DNA of 64,000 nucleotides from Patescibacteria group bacterium (GTDB taxonomy: Bacteria; Patescibacteriota; Patescibacteriia; UBA2591; JAQUPP01). A program made the position numbers and the translations under genes. Positions 8,760 to 18,815 of this stretch are shown in pieces. A model generated the notes under the pieces. The model saw nothing but the letters and a program-made list of their open reading frames with translations, made no database searches and was not told the origin of the DNA. Where the stretch lies: the NCBI GenBank assembly GCA_041649955.1, contig JBAZMD010000001.1:68079-132078 (forward strand), written 5' to 3'. Position 1 is the stretch's first letter. Every line of letters begins with the position of its first letter.

Positions 8760-10340
8760 TTATTCTGATTCATTTTCATCAATAATAGAACCATCCGGAA
8801 AAGTTTCGGTTGTTGGAATTTCTATCACATTTTCCCATTTATAACCCAATTTTTCAAAAATTTCTCCTGATTTAAAAACTCTTTTACTGCCATTTTCAAT
8901 CAAATAAACCATAGCACTATCCGGATATTTTATTAAAGTTCCATTTGGCCTTGACGAAACCGGAGCGATAAATTGAAAACTATTGATCAACATTTTGAAA
9001 GTAGTCTTAAAATTCGCTTCTTTTTCAGTGCCGACATTATATGAAATCACATAAACATTTTCGCCCTTGGAAATATAAATCGTCAAATGATCCGAACTCC
9101 AAAGAGCCGGCTGATTATTGACAATAACGGCAGTTAATGAACTTTTTTCAGTTGTCGGCGATTGTTTTGAATACCAATCAATCAAAGACAATTGATCGGG
9201 ATTCTTTTCTGCAGTCGCGCTGAAAAATTCTCCGGTATTAGTAATCACTAAAACCTCTTCATTATTGGTTTCCGGAATTGCTCTGGTTATCCATGAAGAC
9301 GGATAGAAAAAACTGTAAGAAAAAGTGGAATTAGTATAAATATTGATCAAACCGGCGGCTGAAAGCTTATTCTCGCCCGTTTGCAGCGGATCGGTTAAAT
9401 TGGCTATTTCTTGGCCGTCGCTAATGCCATCGCCGTCAGTATCAGGATTATTAACGCTGGTGCGATAGATAGTTTCTTCCGTGTCGGTCAAACTGTCTTG
9501 ATCCGAATCAACAGTGGAAGAAATTTGCGGCGCTATTTGAAATATTTCCGTTTGAGGAATTGCCTTGCTTTTTGAAACAATTAAAGCAAAAGTGTCGGAC
9601 GGCAAAAGATCCAATTGAGCAATAATTAAATTATTTTCCACGTCTTGCGTACTTGATAAAGGAGTCCAAATATTATCTTTCAAATAGCCCAAAACAATAT
9701 CATTTTCCCAATTGCTTTCAACAATTTTATTATGATAAAAAGCTCTTAAGGTTGCTGATTTTTGCAAAATAAGATTAGTGGATTGAATTTTATAAGTCCC
9801 TCCAATAACCTTGTAATCATTGAATGTATTTTCATTGGTTATCGGCTCCGAGATTAATTCAATTTTTAAATTCTGGTCAACGGCTCCGGCAGGCAGATAA
9901 AATTCCAGCCAAGAAACAGTTTCGCCCGTTTGATCTTTTATCTCGGCTTTCAAAGTTTGTTCAATTGAAACATTCGCAGCCGGAACAGAGGGAGAATTAT
10001 TTTCTTCGGGCTGAGTAATGGCAGGAATTTGAGTGACAACCGGAATATTAGGATGGTAATTGGTGATCCAAAAATAAAACGCAAAACCTCCGCCGACAAT
10101 AATAATTAGAAGGCATAAAATTAAAATAAGAGATTTATTTTTATCTTTTTTGGACAATTTACGCTGAGCTTTGCGAAATTTCTCCGGCATCACATAAATC
10201 ATTTCTCCAGTGGTTCCATATTGAGTCACTTCTTCAATAATTTCCTTTTTAGCCGCAGGAGGAGGATTAGCAAAAATATCCTGCACCGCAGAAGCGTCTG
10301 TTTTTTGAGATTCCGGTTGTATAGGTGTTTCTTCTGGCAT
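8760..10340 (-). CDS. Membrane-anchored surface protein with a TSP3-type Asp-rich repeat and a C-terminal ~55-aa module shared with the 2308-aa protein
   Basis: 526 aa with a single TM (LILILCLLIIIVGGGFAFYFWI) and the repeats DSDQDSLTDTEE and [12 protein letters not shown]. The C-terminus RPNGTLIKYPDSAMVYLIENGSKRVFKS...GYKW resembles the tail of ORF 30882-37808. Confidence 0.7.
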   Translation of the reverse strand: MPEETPIQPESQKTDASAVQDIFANPPPAAKKEIIEEVTQYGTTGEMIYVMPEKFRKAQRKLSKKDKNKSLILILCLLIIIVGGGFAFYFWITNYHPNIPVVTQIPAITQPEENNSPSVPAANVSIEQTLKAEIKDQTGETVSWLEFYLPAGAVDQNLKIELISEPITNENTFNDYKVIGGTYKIQSTNLILQKSATLRAFYHNKIVESNWENDIVLGYLKDNIWTPLSSTQDVENNLIIAQLDLLPSDTFALIVSKSKAIPQTEIFQIAPQISSTVDSDQDSLTDTEETIYRTSVNNPDTDGDGISDGQEIANLTDPLQTGENKLSAAGLINIYTNSTFSYSFFYPSSWITRAIPETNNEEVLVITNTGEFFSATAEKNPDQLSLIDWYSKQSPTTEKSSLTAVIVNNQPALWSSDHLTIYISKGENVYVISYNVGTEKEANFKTTFKMLINSFQFIAPVSSRPNGTLIKYPDSAMVYLIENGSKRVFKSGEIFEKLGYKWENVIEIPTTETFPDGSIIDENESE

Positions 10341-10351
10341 AGTAAAATTAT

Positions 10352-10951
10352 TTACTTTAATTTATCAATTTCTTTTTGTAAATTCAATAACTTAGCATTT
10401 GGATTGGAATTATTCGGATCGGTATTATTTTTAATTTCTTGTCCGTCACTGATGCCGTCACCGTCAGTATCAGGTTTTAAAGGATTTGTTAAATAAACCT
10501 TAACTTCTTCTCTATCAGAAAGACCATCGTTGTCAGTATCAGATTTATTTTTATCAGTGCCCAAGGTAGTTTCTTCTTCATCAGTTAAACCGTCTCCATC
10601 AGCGTCAGGAGCCATTTCAATCGGTTTGGTAATAATTATCGGTGATATCTTGTTATCTTCCGGATTTATTTGAGGCTGACCGGTTTGATTGAGTTTTTTT
10701 ATTTTCGCCTGTTCTGTTAAACTTTTGATTTTAGGCAAAGCGTAATAATAAACTCCCGCTCCGACAATCGCAATAATGATAATAATCAAAATAACGCGAA
10801 TAAAATTTTTATTGATTTTCTTGCGATTTGATGATGAATTGCCGGAATTTTTATTTTCATCAGAAATAAAATTTTTACGTTCAACGTCTTCAAAAATATC
10901 TTCCACTTGGTTAGCGGAGTTTGGATTTAAATTTTTTATTTCGTCTGGCAT
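10352..10951 (-). CDS. Membrane-anchored protein with three TSP3-type calcium-binding-like repeats
   Basis: 199 aa with a single TM ([20 protein letters not shown]). Repeats are [24 protein letters not shown] and [12 protein letters not shown]. Confidence 0.7.
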   Translation of the reverse strand: MPDEIKNLNPNSANQVEDIFEDVERKNFISDENKNSGNSSSNRKKINKNFIRVILIIIIIAIVGAGVYYYALPKIKSLTEQAKIKKLNQTGQPQINPEDNKISPIIITKPIEMAPDADGDGLTDEEETTLGTDKNKSDTDNDGLSDREEVKVYLTNPLKPDTDGDGISDGQEIKNNTDPNNSNPNAKLLNLQKEIDKLK

Positions 10952-10986
10952 AATAAATTATATTTTATAAATTTATAAAAATTCTA

Positions 10987-13900
10987 TTATTGCAAAACAC
11001 TGCCGCCTATTTCACTAGTCCATGGATCATTTTTTGTTTTCTCAATAATCGGACCATAAACAGAATTAAAACATTTAAAAGCATCTGAATTATAGCCGAA
11101 TAATTTTTGCTGGCATTTAGTCGTCCAGCCACATAAATAGTGAGTTTCACAAGTATTTCTATCCATACCACCGCAATTTGCCTGCCATTTTGAAGAATCT
11201 GTTTCAAAATTCAGATATAAACGATAATCGTCTTCACTTATGGACACATACTGATAGACAGATGAGCCAACCGGACATTCATATTTACTTGTACTTTGAT
11301 TATAACAGGTTCCGCCGCATTGGCTAGTATCGCTGCAACCGGCGCAATAACCGCTTGTCGGGTTTGAAAATTGATTAGTCGGATCATTCGGCATACTGGA
11401 AATAAATTGCCCTTGAGGATTTTTCCAAGAAGGCCATTTGGAAACGGTCATTCCTTTTATAAAACTGCCTGATTCAAGTTTCGGATAATAACCATTAGTT
11501 GATTTATAATCTGTCAGTTTTTGGTTTATTGTTTTTAAATCATAAAGACGGAATAAATCTCGCTGAATTTTTTGCTGTTCATCAGTAGTTTTATTTGTGT
11601 TAAATTGCCAATTATTAACCAATTGATTAAAAATATCAATTGTCTCAGATTTAGCGCTATCAGAATACGAGATAAGATAAATTAAACCCTCAATTTTTCC
11701 GTCATCTTTAACATTTGTTGCCCCCACATAAACCGTTCTCCCCTCTTTTACCGCTTGATAACCATTAACAATAAACGATGTCGGTGAACCGGGGTTTGGC
11801 ACATTTTTCTTATACCATTCAAAAGGAGTAAGATAATCTGGATTTTTCAAAACCTTAAGACCGATCACGTCATTGTTAGCATTATTGGTAAAAAGAAATT
11901 CTTTAACTACATTTGATTTCGTAGTATCGGTTGCAATAAGAGATGGTAAGGATGGAAAATTTTGATATTCAGTCGGTTGCGCTCCTTTTTCCAATTGAAT
12001 ATTAGTCATATGGATTACATCTTCTTTTGTGGAAGCAGTCCATAATATCCCAACCTTAATTGCGGTATCATCAGGTCCGGTGGTAAAAGTATTGGAAATT
12101 TTAGCCAAAGCGCCAGTAGAAATCGCGTTTCCGGGCCAAACTAAATTATAATATGAAGAAGCAATCTTACTTTGAACATAAATGTATGCCAAAGACGTCC
12201 CTGTTCTATTTACTAACATGGATAGAGTATACTGCGTATTTGGAGAAACCTTAATCCAATTTGTTGATATTACTCCGGGAGTGCTTTTGGATTGCTTATT
12301 CGTGACTTTTAAAACATTATAATTAGATTGTTTAACAGTTGAAATGTCTACGCTTTGATTTTTACTCCAACCATTTGTGCCATCAAACATAGCACCGTTA
12401 AAAACTAAATTTTTCTCTAAATTTCCACGGCAATATTGCAATCTAAAATGAGTTTCTGAATCTGTAAATCCCCCTTGTATCCACGGAAATTCACAAAGAA
12501 AAACTTTGGCTTGTGCCATGGCTGAAAAGCTTTTACCAATATCTGATTTGGAAGTATCGGCTGTAATCTTAGCTGTAACTTTAATCTGCGAATCACCGTT
12601 TTGATTTTGGGCCGTGGCCGTTTGCGATGAATTAGCGCTGATTGGAACTAAAACCACGTTGGGTTTTGAAGAATCCCAAGACCAAGTCCAATTATAATCA
12701 GAAACGCCGTGAATCTCGGCTCCTTTATTATCAAGAGCTTTTGTTGAAAATTTTATTGTTGAATCTTTCTTATAAAACTCCACTGATGCTGGAGAAATAA
12801 TTTTTGGTTTTCCCGGATCTGTATTTACAGGATTAACTTTTTCATCCACTTCTTCGGCGGTTATTTCCACTTTGCTTAATTTGCAAATATCCGCACCAGT
12901 GGTAAATGTCCAAGAATTATTTTCCGCCATCTCAATGCCATATTTGCTTTTTACGATATTTTCTTTACCGGCAATTTCTTCTTTACCGGAAATTTCTACT
13001 TGATAAGTGCAAGCGCCGCTGGCATCTAATAAGCCTAAACCGGAATTTAAATAAACAATGGTTTGTTTTGTGGTATTATTATCAACCGCGGAAATATCCG
13101 CTTTTAAATCATAAATAACTGTTTTTCCCGCTTCAGCTTTTTTCAGAAAAATATTTTTTAAACTATTAAAAAATCTGACAAAAATATTATTTTTCTCCAA
13201 ACTGGCTGTAGCAGGACAATATTTATACAATTTAATTGTATCTGAATTAAGCGTGGATTTGTCCATTAATTGGTCAAAAGTGGCGTAAATTACGGTATTG
13301 CGGCAAACATTACCATTAGGATAACTATTCACTACTGTCGGCTGAGTAGCGACGACTAGATGGGAACTGTCGGAAATCGGTTGTTCACCTTTTGAAGTGG
13401 TAATTGTCGTGCTCACTGTAATATCTGTTTCACCTAAATTTTTACCTTTAACAGTCGCACTCTCGTTTGGCGTACCGACAAATTCAGCGATGTTCGGCGG
13501 ATCAGCGTCACCGTCGTCCCATGACCAAGAATATTTGCTTGATTCCAAATAATTACAATTTGAAGTATAAATTTGAGGAGTGTAAACTTTGGTTTCATTT
13601 TGTAAAATTTGGTTTGTACCCGCGGAATCAAGACAAATTTTATTCAAAGGACAATCATCATTATTCGCGATAAACATCCAAGTATAATCATCTCCTTGAA
13701 CGCCATTTTTGTCTCCATCCAGTTCCAATCCGAATTTATCTTTTATGCCGTTTGATCCGCTTTTTAAAATTATGCGGTAAATTTTATTTTTTTCCAAAGA
13801 AGCAGCAGGTTTGAAATAAAAGCCATTTTTTTCAATCGTAAAAGTGCCGAGAGCTATATTACTTGTCTCATTGTCCGGACATCCAGAATTATTAAAATCA

Positions 13901-16900
13901 CTAGTGCCGCATTTTTGAATTATTATATTTTTATTGGCAGCAGTATCAGTATTATTGGTGGTATCAATCACTACTTCCCGATTAAATCGAGCCCTGATTT
14001 GCGCTTGAGTGCAAGCGTCAGTAGATTGACTGGATGGCGAAGGTGATTGATCTCCCAATTTGCATTCACTGCAACCAGATTCTTCAGATACTTGCGGCGG
14101 TCCGCCCGGAGAAACTGTCAATAAAGCGCAAGTGCGCGGCTCTGTATAAGTACATACATTATCGCCCGTCGAAGCCATAATTAAAGATTGACCAAAATCT
14201 TTGGGTTTAGCAATTGTAGATAAACCGCTTGATGGTGAAATTGTGGCAATATTTGTTTTTGCGGAAGTCCAATTAAAACTATCCACGCAAATCTGGCGGC
14301 CATTTGAATCTAAAGCTGAAGCACCAAATGTCGGTGTTTGATTTAATCCATTAACTGTTAAATCAGTCGGAATAACTTTTATTGTTGTGATACGACATGT
14401 TCCATCTCCGGTAGTAAAATCCCAAGCAGTATCGTTCATAGAAACTCCCATTTTACTTATAGCTCCGCTTCCATATATTCCTCCCTTGACCCATATTTTA
14501 TAAGTAGAATTTGGATTTAGTTGACAGCCGGAAGGATAAAAATCAGTAGTTGTTTCTTTCTTAATATTATCATCAACGCTGGTGATTCTGCCCTTAACTT
14601 GATGAGGAGCTAAAATATCTTCTTCGGTTAAAGCTTTATTATAAATACGAACTTCGTCAATAACGCCTCTAAAATTAGAGTAATAGCATGATCCAAATTT
14701 TGGATCTGGACAGAGAGAATCTGCGTAAGATTGCCGGCCGATTACCAAATTGCCGGCATTGACTAAAGATTTTTCTCCAAATGTTTTTAGTTGAATACCG
14801 TCTAATTTTCCATTAACATAAATTTTAAGATTTTCTCCGTCATAAGTTGCTGTAATGCGATAAAAAACATCTTCTGATAACCATGTTGAACCGCGTACAT
14901 TAGTAAGATCAGGATGTATTCCAGTTCCCACTACGAAACCCGGCTGCCATTGACCGGTGTTTGGGCCTTTTCTATATAAATCCAATACATAGTTATTTCT
15001 TGCCGTCATACCCTCATCCCCTTTGGCTAAAATAACCAGTCTGCCCTTGTCAGGATCAGTAGAAGTGTCTTTTTTAATTTTTATAAAAACATCTAATGTT
15101 AATTTTTGCAAATCTAAAGAAGAACTATCAGGAATAGTTATATAATCACCATCGTCGCCTAGAGCACCATCAAATTCTAAAGCTTTTCCAAATTTTCCAT
15201 TAACCCAAGCTGCTCCGGAAATTGTTCCGTCATTTAACCCTTTCGCATCTTCAACGATTAATCCTGCTCCTTTGTTAAAATGCCAAAGCGCTACCATTCC
15301 TTCTTCAAAATTAGTTTCATAACCCGGATCAACATCAGAAGACAATAATTTGATATTATCATTTAAAGAATTATGATCCATTAAATCATCGAAGGTCATT
15401 GAAACTGACGCATTTTTACAAACATTAATTTCTCCATCAGCGGGTGATTTGCTTGCATTTATTATAATTGGTTGAGGATAACAGCATTTATTCGGATCTA
15501 AGATACCGCAACCGGCGCCGGTACCGCATTGAGCATCATTTTTGCAACCGCAACAGAGACCGCGAGGATTATCCTCTGGACCCTTACAATTACCTTGATT
15601 GGCTAAACAAGTTAAACCGACAGCGCAAGAATTCTGTTGTTTAGGATTGCAGCAACAACGACAAGTGTCAGCACCGCTTAAACATTTATAAGGCGCTGAA
15701 CAACTGCCTGAATTATTCGGACAAGATACATCTTGGCATTTATCTCCGGGTTTTGGCGCTCTATGTAAAACTTCAAAAGGCAAACTATTGCTTGTCCCGC
15801 TGGAATTTTTTACCACCACATTACCCTTTTGAGCGTCAGCCGGCACAAAGACTTCTATAATTTGCGTATCAGACCAATTTGCATCTAAAAAATCAGCAAC
15901 TACTTGATTATAAAAAATTATTTTGCTGCCGTCATTTTTTGTACCGAATCTTAAACCATTAAAACTGACTTTTGTTTCGCTTGGATCGCCTTTTGGATAA
16001 CCGCTGGAAGGATTAATTGACAAAAGACACGGACCGGATGATTCACTATTATCATTAACCAAAAATTTATCCCAACTCACAGTTTCTGATTTGCTGGCAT
16101 CTCCATCATAAGTAATCCCCACTTTAACGCCCAATGAATCCGAAATATCAGTTGCCGGATCGCCAAAAACCGCAGGAATAACCGTGGTAATAAAATCCGG
16201 ACCGGATGATTCTACGATTGCATTTATTGGCCCATCTTCTCCATTTGGTCGGGACTCAGCAGGCGGAATAACCGGATATTTATCATCAAATTGAAATTTA
16301 GTTATAGTCGCCGGACGATTAGTGGTGCCAGTAAAACAGCGGCCAAAAACAGTTACGCAACTTTTTCGTGAACCGGAATCGGGCGTTACTTTATAAATTA
16401 CCGGCGAACAAGCGCATTTGGTCAAATCAGTGGTTGTAAAATCCCAATCTTTGCCGAGTTTATTTTGATCAACATCCATTATTAAATCAGTAGTTGCGCT
16501 GATATAATAAGAAGTGCCGACAGTCAAATTATTATTTAATTTAATTTCAAAAACCTTAAATTGAGTGGAAATATTTTCAATATCAGCGTCAATAACTTTA
16601 ATTTTTCCAATCGTATTTTTGCCATCTTCGGTCGTGACGGATGCTTCAATTTCTTTCGGTTTAATAGAGCCTTGGAAAACAATATTTTTTCCGATTTTAC
16701 CCTGAATCGTTACCGTATTATCGTACATACTGGTGGCGAAGCTGACGCCAATCGGTTCGTCCGGACAAACATTTTTATCCTTTGGCCAATAATCGCTGAT
16801 CCCCGGAACAATATCATTTGTTTCAAATTTCCAAGATTGCGGCGCAGCCATTGGATTACCGCATAAATCTTTAACATTGGCCACGGTGATTTTATACCAA

Positions 16901-18165
16901 GTAAACGGATCAAGTAAATTAGGATTGCTTAAAGAAACAAAAAATCCTTGATATTTATCTTTAACAATTAATATTCCATTAATTGCCGTGCCGGATTCAG
17001 CATCTCGAGAAGCTAATTTTTCTATTGTAAAACTTGTGGAAATTGGATGTCCGTCAGCATCAGCCACTGTATCAAAATCTATACTTTCGTTAAAATTCAA
17101 ATCAATAATCGGCGCTCGAGAAACCCATTGATTTGGCTTTGCCGAATCAATAGTCGGATAAGTTTTATTCAAATAAGGCGCTTCTGTGTCTACGATATTA
17201 TTAGTTTCAAAATCCCAAATAACAGTATCAGCGTTTTTTGAGCAATGATATTTTGGATTAAATCCGTTACTGCAGCCATATAAAGGAAGACTGGGAATAT
17301 AAGTATCTTTAATTGATTTTGGGACAATAACATTATATTTAGTATCCGAGTCCCATATAGTTTTAGGAGTAAATAAAACCGAACTGCCTGAAATTTTCCA
17401 AGTTCCTTCAATAGCTTTTTTATCCGCATCAGTGGCTTTAACAACTTTCAAAGTTTCGTCGGTTATTACCGCGTTTACCTCATTAGAATTTAAATTATGA
17501 TTAAAAACTGGTTTTATCTTGCTGCAGCGATAAACTTTCGCATTTGGATTTTCAACTATATTCTCTGTACTGAAAGCAGCTTCGCCGCTCTTTAAAAGTA
17601 AAGACATTGAATCGGAAGAAAAATAACAAGTATCTTCTGCTGGAATAGTACATTCGCAATTCTCATCAAATTTCATGCCTATACCATTGCCGCAGCAAGA
17701 ATCCGGCTTGCAGCACTTGCTTCCTACGCAATAAGTTGAAGGTTCGGTCACCTCCGAAAGTTTACTCATAATAAAGCTGGCAATGGCGTAAGCTAAAACA
17801 ATAATTAAAATGCCGATAATGCCGGCAATCATCAATTTTTTGGCTCCGGCAATTTTAGTTTCATCTCCACCCGAAGTCATCCATCTAAAACCGCCCATAA
17901 TTATAATAACCGCCGCCGCCAATCCGAGCACGCCTAAAACAATTCTCATTATATTACCCATGGCAGAAGGGAGGTCAGTGTTTCCATAAGTCGCATGAGT
18001 GCGAAAATTTTCCAAACCGTTATTCATTTCTTGCGCATTGGTTAAAGCCGGATTTAAAACAAAAAATAAAAATCCGGATGCCATCAATAAACATAAAAAA
18101 CCTAAAAATATATTTTTTTTAAATTGTTTTTTTTCCGCCATCCGGCGAATTATTTCAATTTTCAT
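10987..18165 (-). CDS. Giant (2392 aa) surface protein with an N-terminal TrbC/VirB2-type pilin-like two-TM anchor, then Ig-like, IPT/TIG, Cys-rich, LamG and CBM-like domains
   Basis: One uninterrupted ORF. Residues 1-140 carry a TM, a loop and a second TM with GGFRWMTSGGDETKIAGAKKLMIAGIIGILIIVLAYAI. Later come SbsA/Big-type repeats (...WYKITVANVKDLCGNPM), IPT-like segments, Cys-rich blocks (CRCCCNPKQQNSCAVGLTC), LamG-like (LWHFNKGAG...ALEFDG...VRIYNKAL), Big_2-like repeats, a CBM4/9-like block and a Cys-rich C-terminus. Confidence 0.85.
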   Translation of the reverse strand: MKIEIIRRMAEKKQFKKNIFLGFLCLLMASGFLFFVLNPALTNAQEMNNGLENFRTHATYGNTDLPSAMGNIMRIVLGVLGLAAAVIIIMGGFRWMTSGGDETKIAGAKKLMIAGIIGILIIVLAYAIASFIMSKLSEVTEPSTYCVGSKCCKPDSCCGNGIGMKFDENCECTIPAEDTCYFSSDSMSLLLKSGEAAFSTENIVENPNAKVYRCSKIKPVFNHNLNSNEVNAVITDETLKVVKATDADKKAIEGTWKISGSSVLFTPKTIWDSDTKYNVIVPKSIKDTYIPSLPLYGCSNGFNPKYHCSKNADTVIWDFETNNIVDTEAPYLNKTYPTIDSAKPNQWVSRAPIIDLNFNESIDFDTVADADGHPISTSFTIEKLASRDAESGTAINGILIVKDKYQGFFVSLSNPNLLDPFTWYKITVANVKDLCGNPMAAPQSWKFETNDIVPGISDYWPKDKNVCPDEPIGVSFATSMYDNTVTIQGKIGKNIVFQGSIKPKEIEASVTTEDGKNTIGKIKVIDADIENISTQFKVFEIKLNNNLTVGTSYYISATTDLIMDVDQNKLGKDWDFTTTDLTKCACSPVIYKVTPDSGSRKSCVTVFGRCFTGTTNRPATITKFQFDDKYPVIPPAESRPNGEDGPINAIVESSGPDFITTVIPAVFGDPATDISDSLGVKVGITYDGDASKSETVSWDKFLVNDNSESSGPCLLSINPSSGYPKGDPSETKVSFNGLRFGTKNDGSKIIFYNQVVADFLDANWSDTQIIEVFVPADAQKGNVVVKNSSGTSNSLPFEVLHRAPKPGDKCQDVSCPNNSGSCSAPYKCLSGADTCRCCCNPKQQNSCAVGLTCLANQGNCKGPEDNPRGLCCGCKNDAQCGTGAGCGILDPNKCCYPQPIIINASKSPADGEINVCKNASVSMTFDDLMDHNSLNDNIKLLSSDVDPGYETNFEEGMVALWHFNKGAGLIVEDAKGLNDGTISGAAWVNGKFGKALEFDGALGDDGDYITIPDSSSLDLQKLTLDVFIKIKKDTSTDPDKGRLVILAKGDEGMTARNNYVLDLYRKGPNTGQWQPGFVVGTGIHPDLTNVRGSTWLSEDVFYRITATYDGENLKIYVNGKLDGIQLKTFGEKSLVNAGNLVIGRQSYADSLCPDPKFGSCYYSNFRGVIDEVRIYNKALTEEDILAPHQVKGRITSVDDNIKKETTTDFYPSGCQLNPNSTYKIWVKGGIYGSGAISKMGVSMNDTAWDFTTGDGTCRITTIKVIPTDLTVNGLNQTPTFGASALDSNGRQICVDSFNWTSAKTNIATISPSSGLSTIAKPKDFGQSLIMASTGDNVCTYTEPRTCALLTVSPGGPPQVSEESGCSECKLGDQSPSPSSQSTDACTQAQIRARFNREVVIDTTNNTDTAANKNIIIQKCGTSDFNNSGCPDNETSNIALGTFTIEKNGFYFKPAASLEKNKIYRIILKSGSNGIKDKFGLELDGDKNGVQGDDYTWMFIANNDDCPLNKICLDSAGTNQILQNETKVYTPQIYTSNCNYLESSKYSWSWDDGDADPPNIAEFVGTPNESATVKGKNLGETDITVSTTITTSKGEQPISDSSHLVVATQPTVVNSYPNGNVCRNTVIYATFDQLMDKSTLNSDTIKLYKYCPATASLEKNNIFVRFFNSLKNIFLKKAEAGKTVIYDLKADISAVDNNTTKQTIVYLNSGLGLLDASGACTYQVEISGKEEIAGKENIVKSKYGIEMAENNSWTFTTGADICKLSKVEITAEEVDEKVNPVNTDPGKPKIISPASVEFYKKDSTIKFSTKALDNKGAEIHGVSDYNWTWSWDSSKPNVVLVPISANSSQTATAQNQNGDSQIKVTAKITADTSKSDIGKSFSAMAQAKVFLCEFPWIQGGFTDSETHFRLQYCRGNLEKNLVFNGAMFDGTNGWSKNQSVDISTVKQSNYNVLKVTNKQSKSTPGVISTNWIKVSPNTQYTLSMLVNRTGTSLAYIYVQSKIASSYYNLVWPGNAISTGALAKISNTFTTGPDDTAIKVGILWTASTKEDVIHMTNIQLEKGAQPTEYQNFPSLPSLIATDTTKSNVVKEFLFTNNANNDVIGLKVLKNPDYLTPFEWYKKNVPNPGSPTSFIVNGYQAVKEGRTVYVGATNVKDDGKIEGLIYLISYSDSAKSETIDIFNQLVNNWQFNTNKTTDEQQKIQRDLFRLYDLKTINQKLTDYKSTNGYYPKLESGSFIKGMTVSKWPSWKNPQGQFISSMPNDPTNQFSNPTSGYCAGCSDTSQCGGTCYNQSTSKYECPVGSSVYQYVSISEDDYRLYLNFETDSSKWQANCGGMDRNTCETHYLCGWTTKCQQKLFGYNSDAFKCFNSVYGPIIEKTKNDPWTSEIGGSVLQ

Positions 18166-18187
18166 AAAAAAATTTTAGGTTTAAATT

Positions 18188-18643
18188 TTAGATATTATTT
18201 AATTGTTCTTTGACTATTTGGCTGACTTGATTGCCGTCCGCTTTGCCCTTGGTTTGTTTCGCCACCAAGCCCATTACTTTGCCGAAATCCGAAGGACCGT
18301 TGGCATTGATTTCTTTAATAACATTTAAAACTATTTCTTTCACTTGATCGCCCGATAATTGTTCGGGCATATATTTAAAAAGTATTTCCAATTCTTTTTT
18401 TTCTTTGGCGGCTAATTCCGGCCGATTCCCCTTTTCATATAATTCTATCGCCTCTTTGCGTTTTTTTATTTCTCCGCCGACAATATCAACAGCCAGTTCA
18501 TCGGTTAATTCTTGTTTCTTGGGTCTTAATTCAATAGCTTTATACGCCAAGGCGGATTTTAACATACGCAAAACAGCCTTCGTGTCTTCCTCTCCTTCAC
18601 GCAAGGCTTGTTTAAAATCTTTTTCAATACGTTCGAGCAACAT
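18188..18643 (-). CDS. yqeY: GatB/YqeY domain protein
   Basis: 151 aa with a YqeY-like pattern (LRMLKSAL, GEIKKRKEAIELYEKGNRPELAAKEKKELEILFKYMPEQLS, GKADGNQVSQIVKEQL). Confidence 0.85.
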   Translation of the reverse strand: MLLERIEKDFKQALREGEEDTKAVLRMLKSALAYKAIELRPKKQELTDELAVDIVGGEIKKRKEAIELYEKGNRPELAAKEKKELEILFKYMPEQLSGDQVKEIVLNVIKEINANGPSDFGKVMGLVAKQTKGKADGNQVSQIVKEQLNNI

Positions 18644-18815
18644 ATTTACCTCATTGGGGCGAGGATTATGTCGCTAAGAAAAGTGTCTTCCGCCAAAGGG
18701 CGGATAAACTCCGGGCGAGTAGTTCGCCAGCTGGGGCGGAGAGCCCGAGAGCCAAGCGACAATTTTCCCGCTGGGAAAATTGATCGTGTCTTTTCGTGCG
18801 ACTAATCCGAACCTT
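18644..18815. ncRNA. GC-rich multi-hairpin element filling the rpsU-yqeY spacer (candidate structured RNA, class unknown)
   Basis: Closing stem ggattatgtcgc (18663-18674) with gcgactaatcc (18798-18808). Inner hairpins are ccgcc-aaag-ggcgg, gcga-gtagt-tcgc, gggc-ggaga-gccc, and a perfect 10-bp caattttccc-gct-gggaaaattg. Confidence 0.45.

Noticed and set aside
18644-18815. SRP (4.5S) RNA in the rpsU-yqeY spacer
   Set aside because: The + strand has CCAGCTGGGGC-GGAGA-GCCCGAGAGCCAAG, reminiscent of helix 8 (E. coli has ...AGCAGCCAAGG). However, the conserved AGCA loop residues and the GNAR tetraloop context are not met. The element is a multi-hairpin rather than one long helix, so the class is left open.
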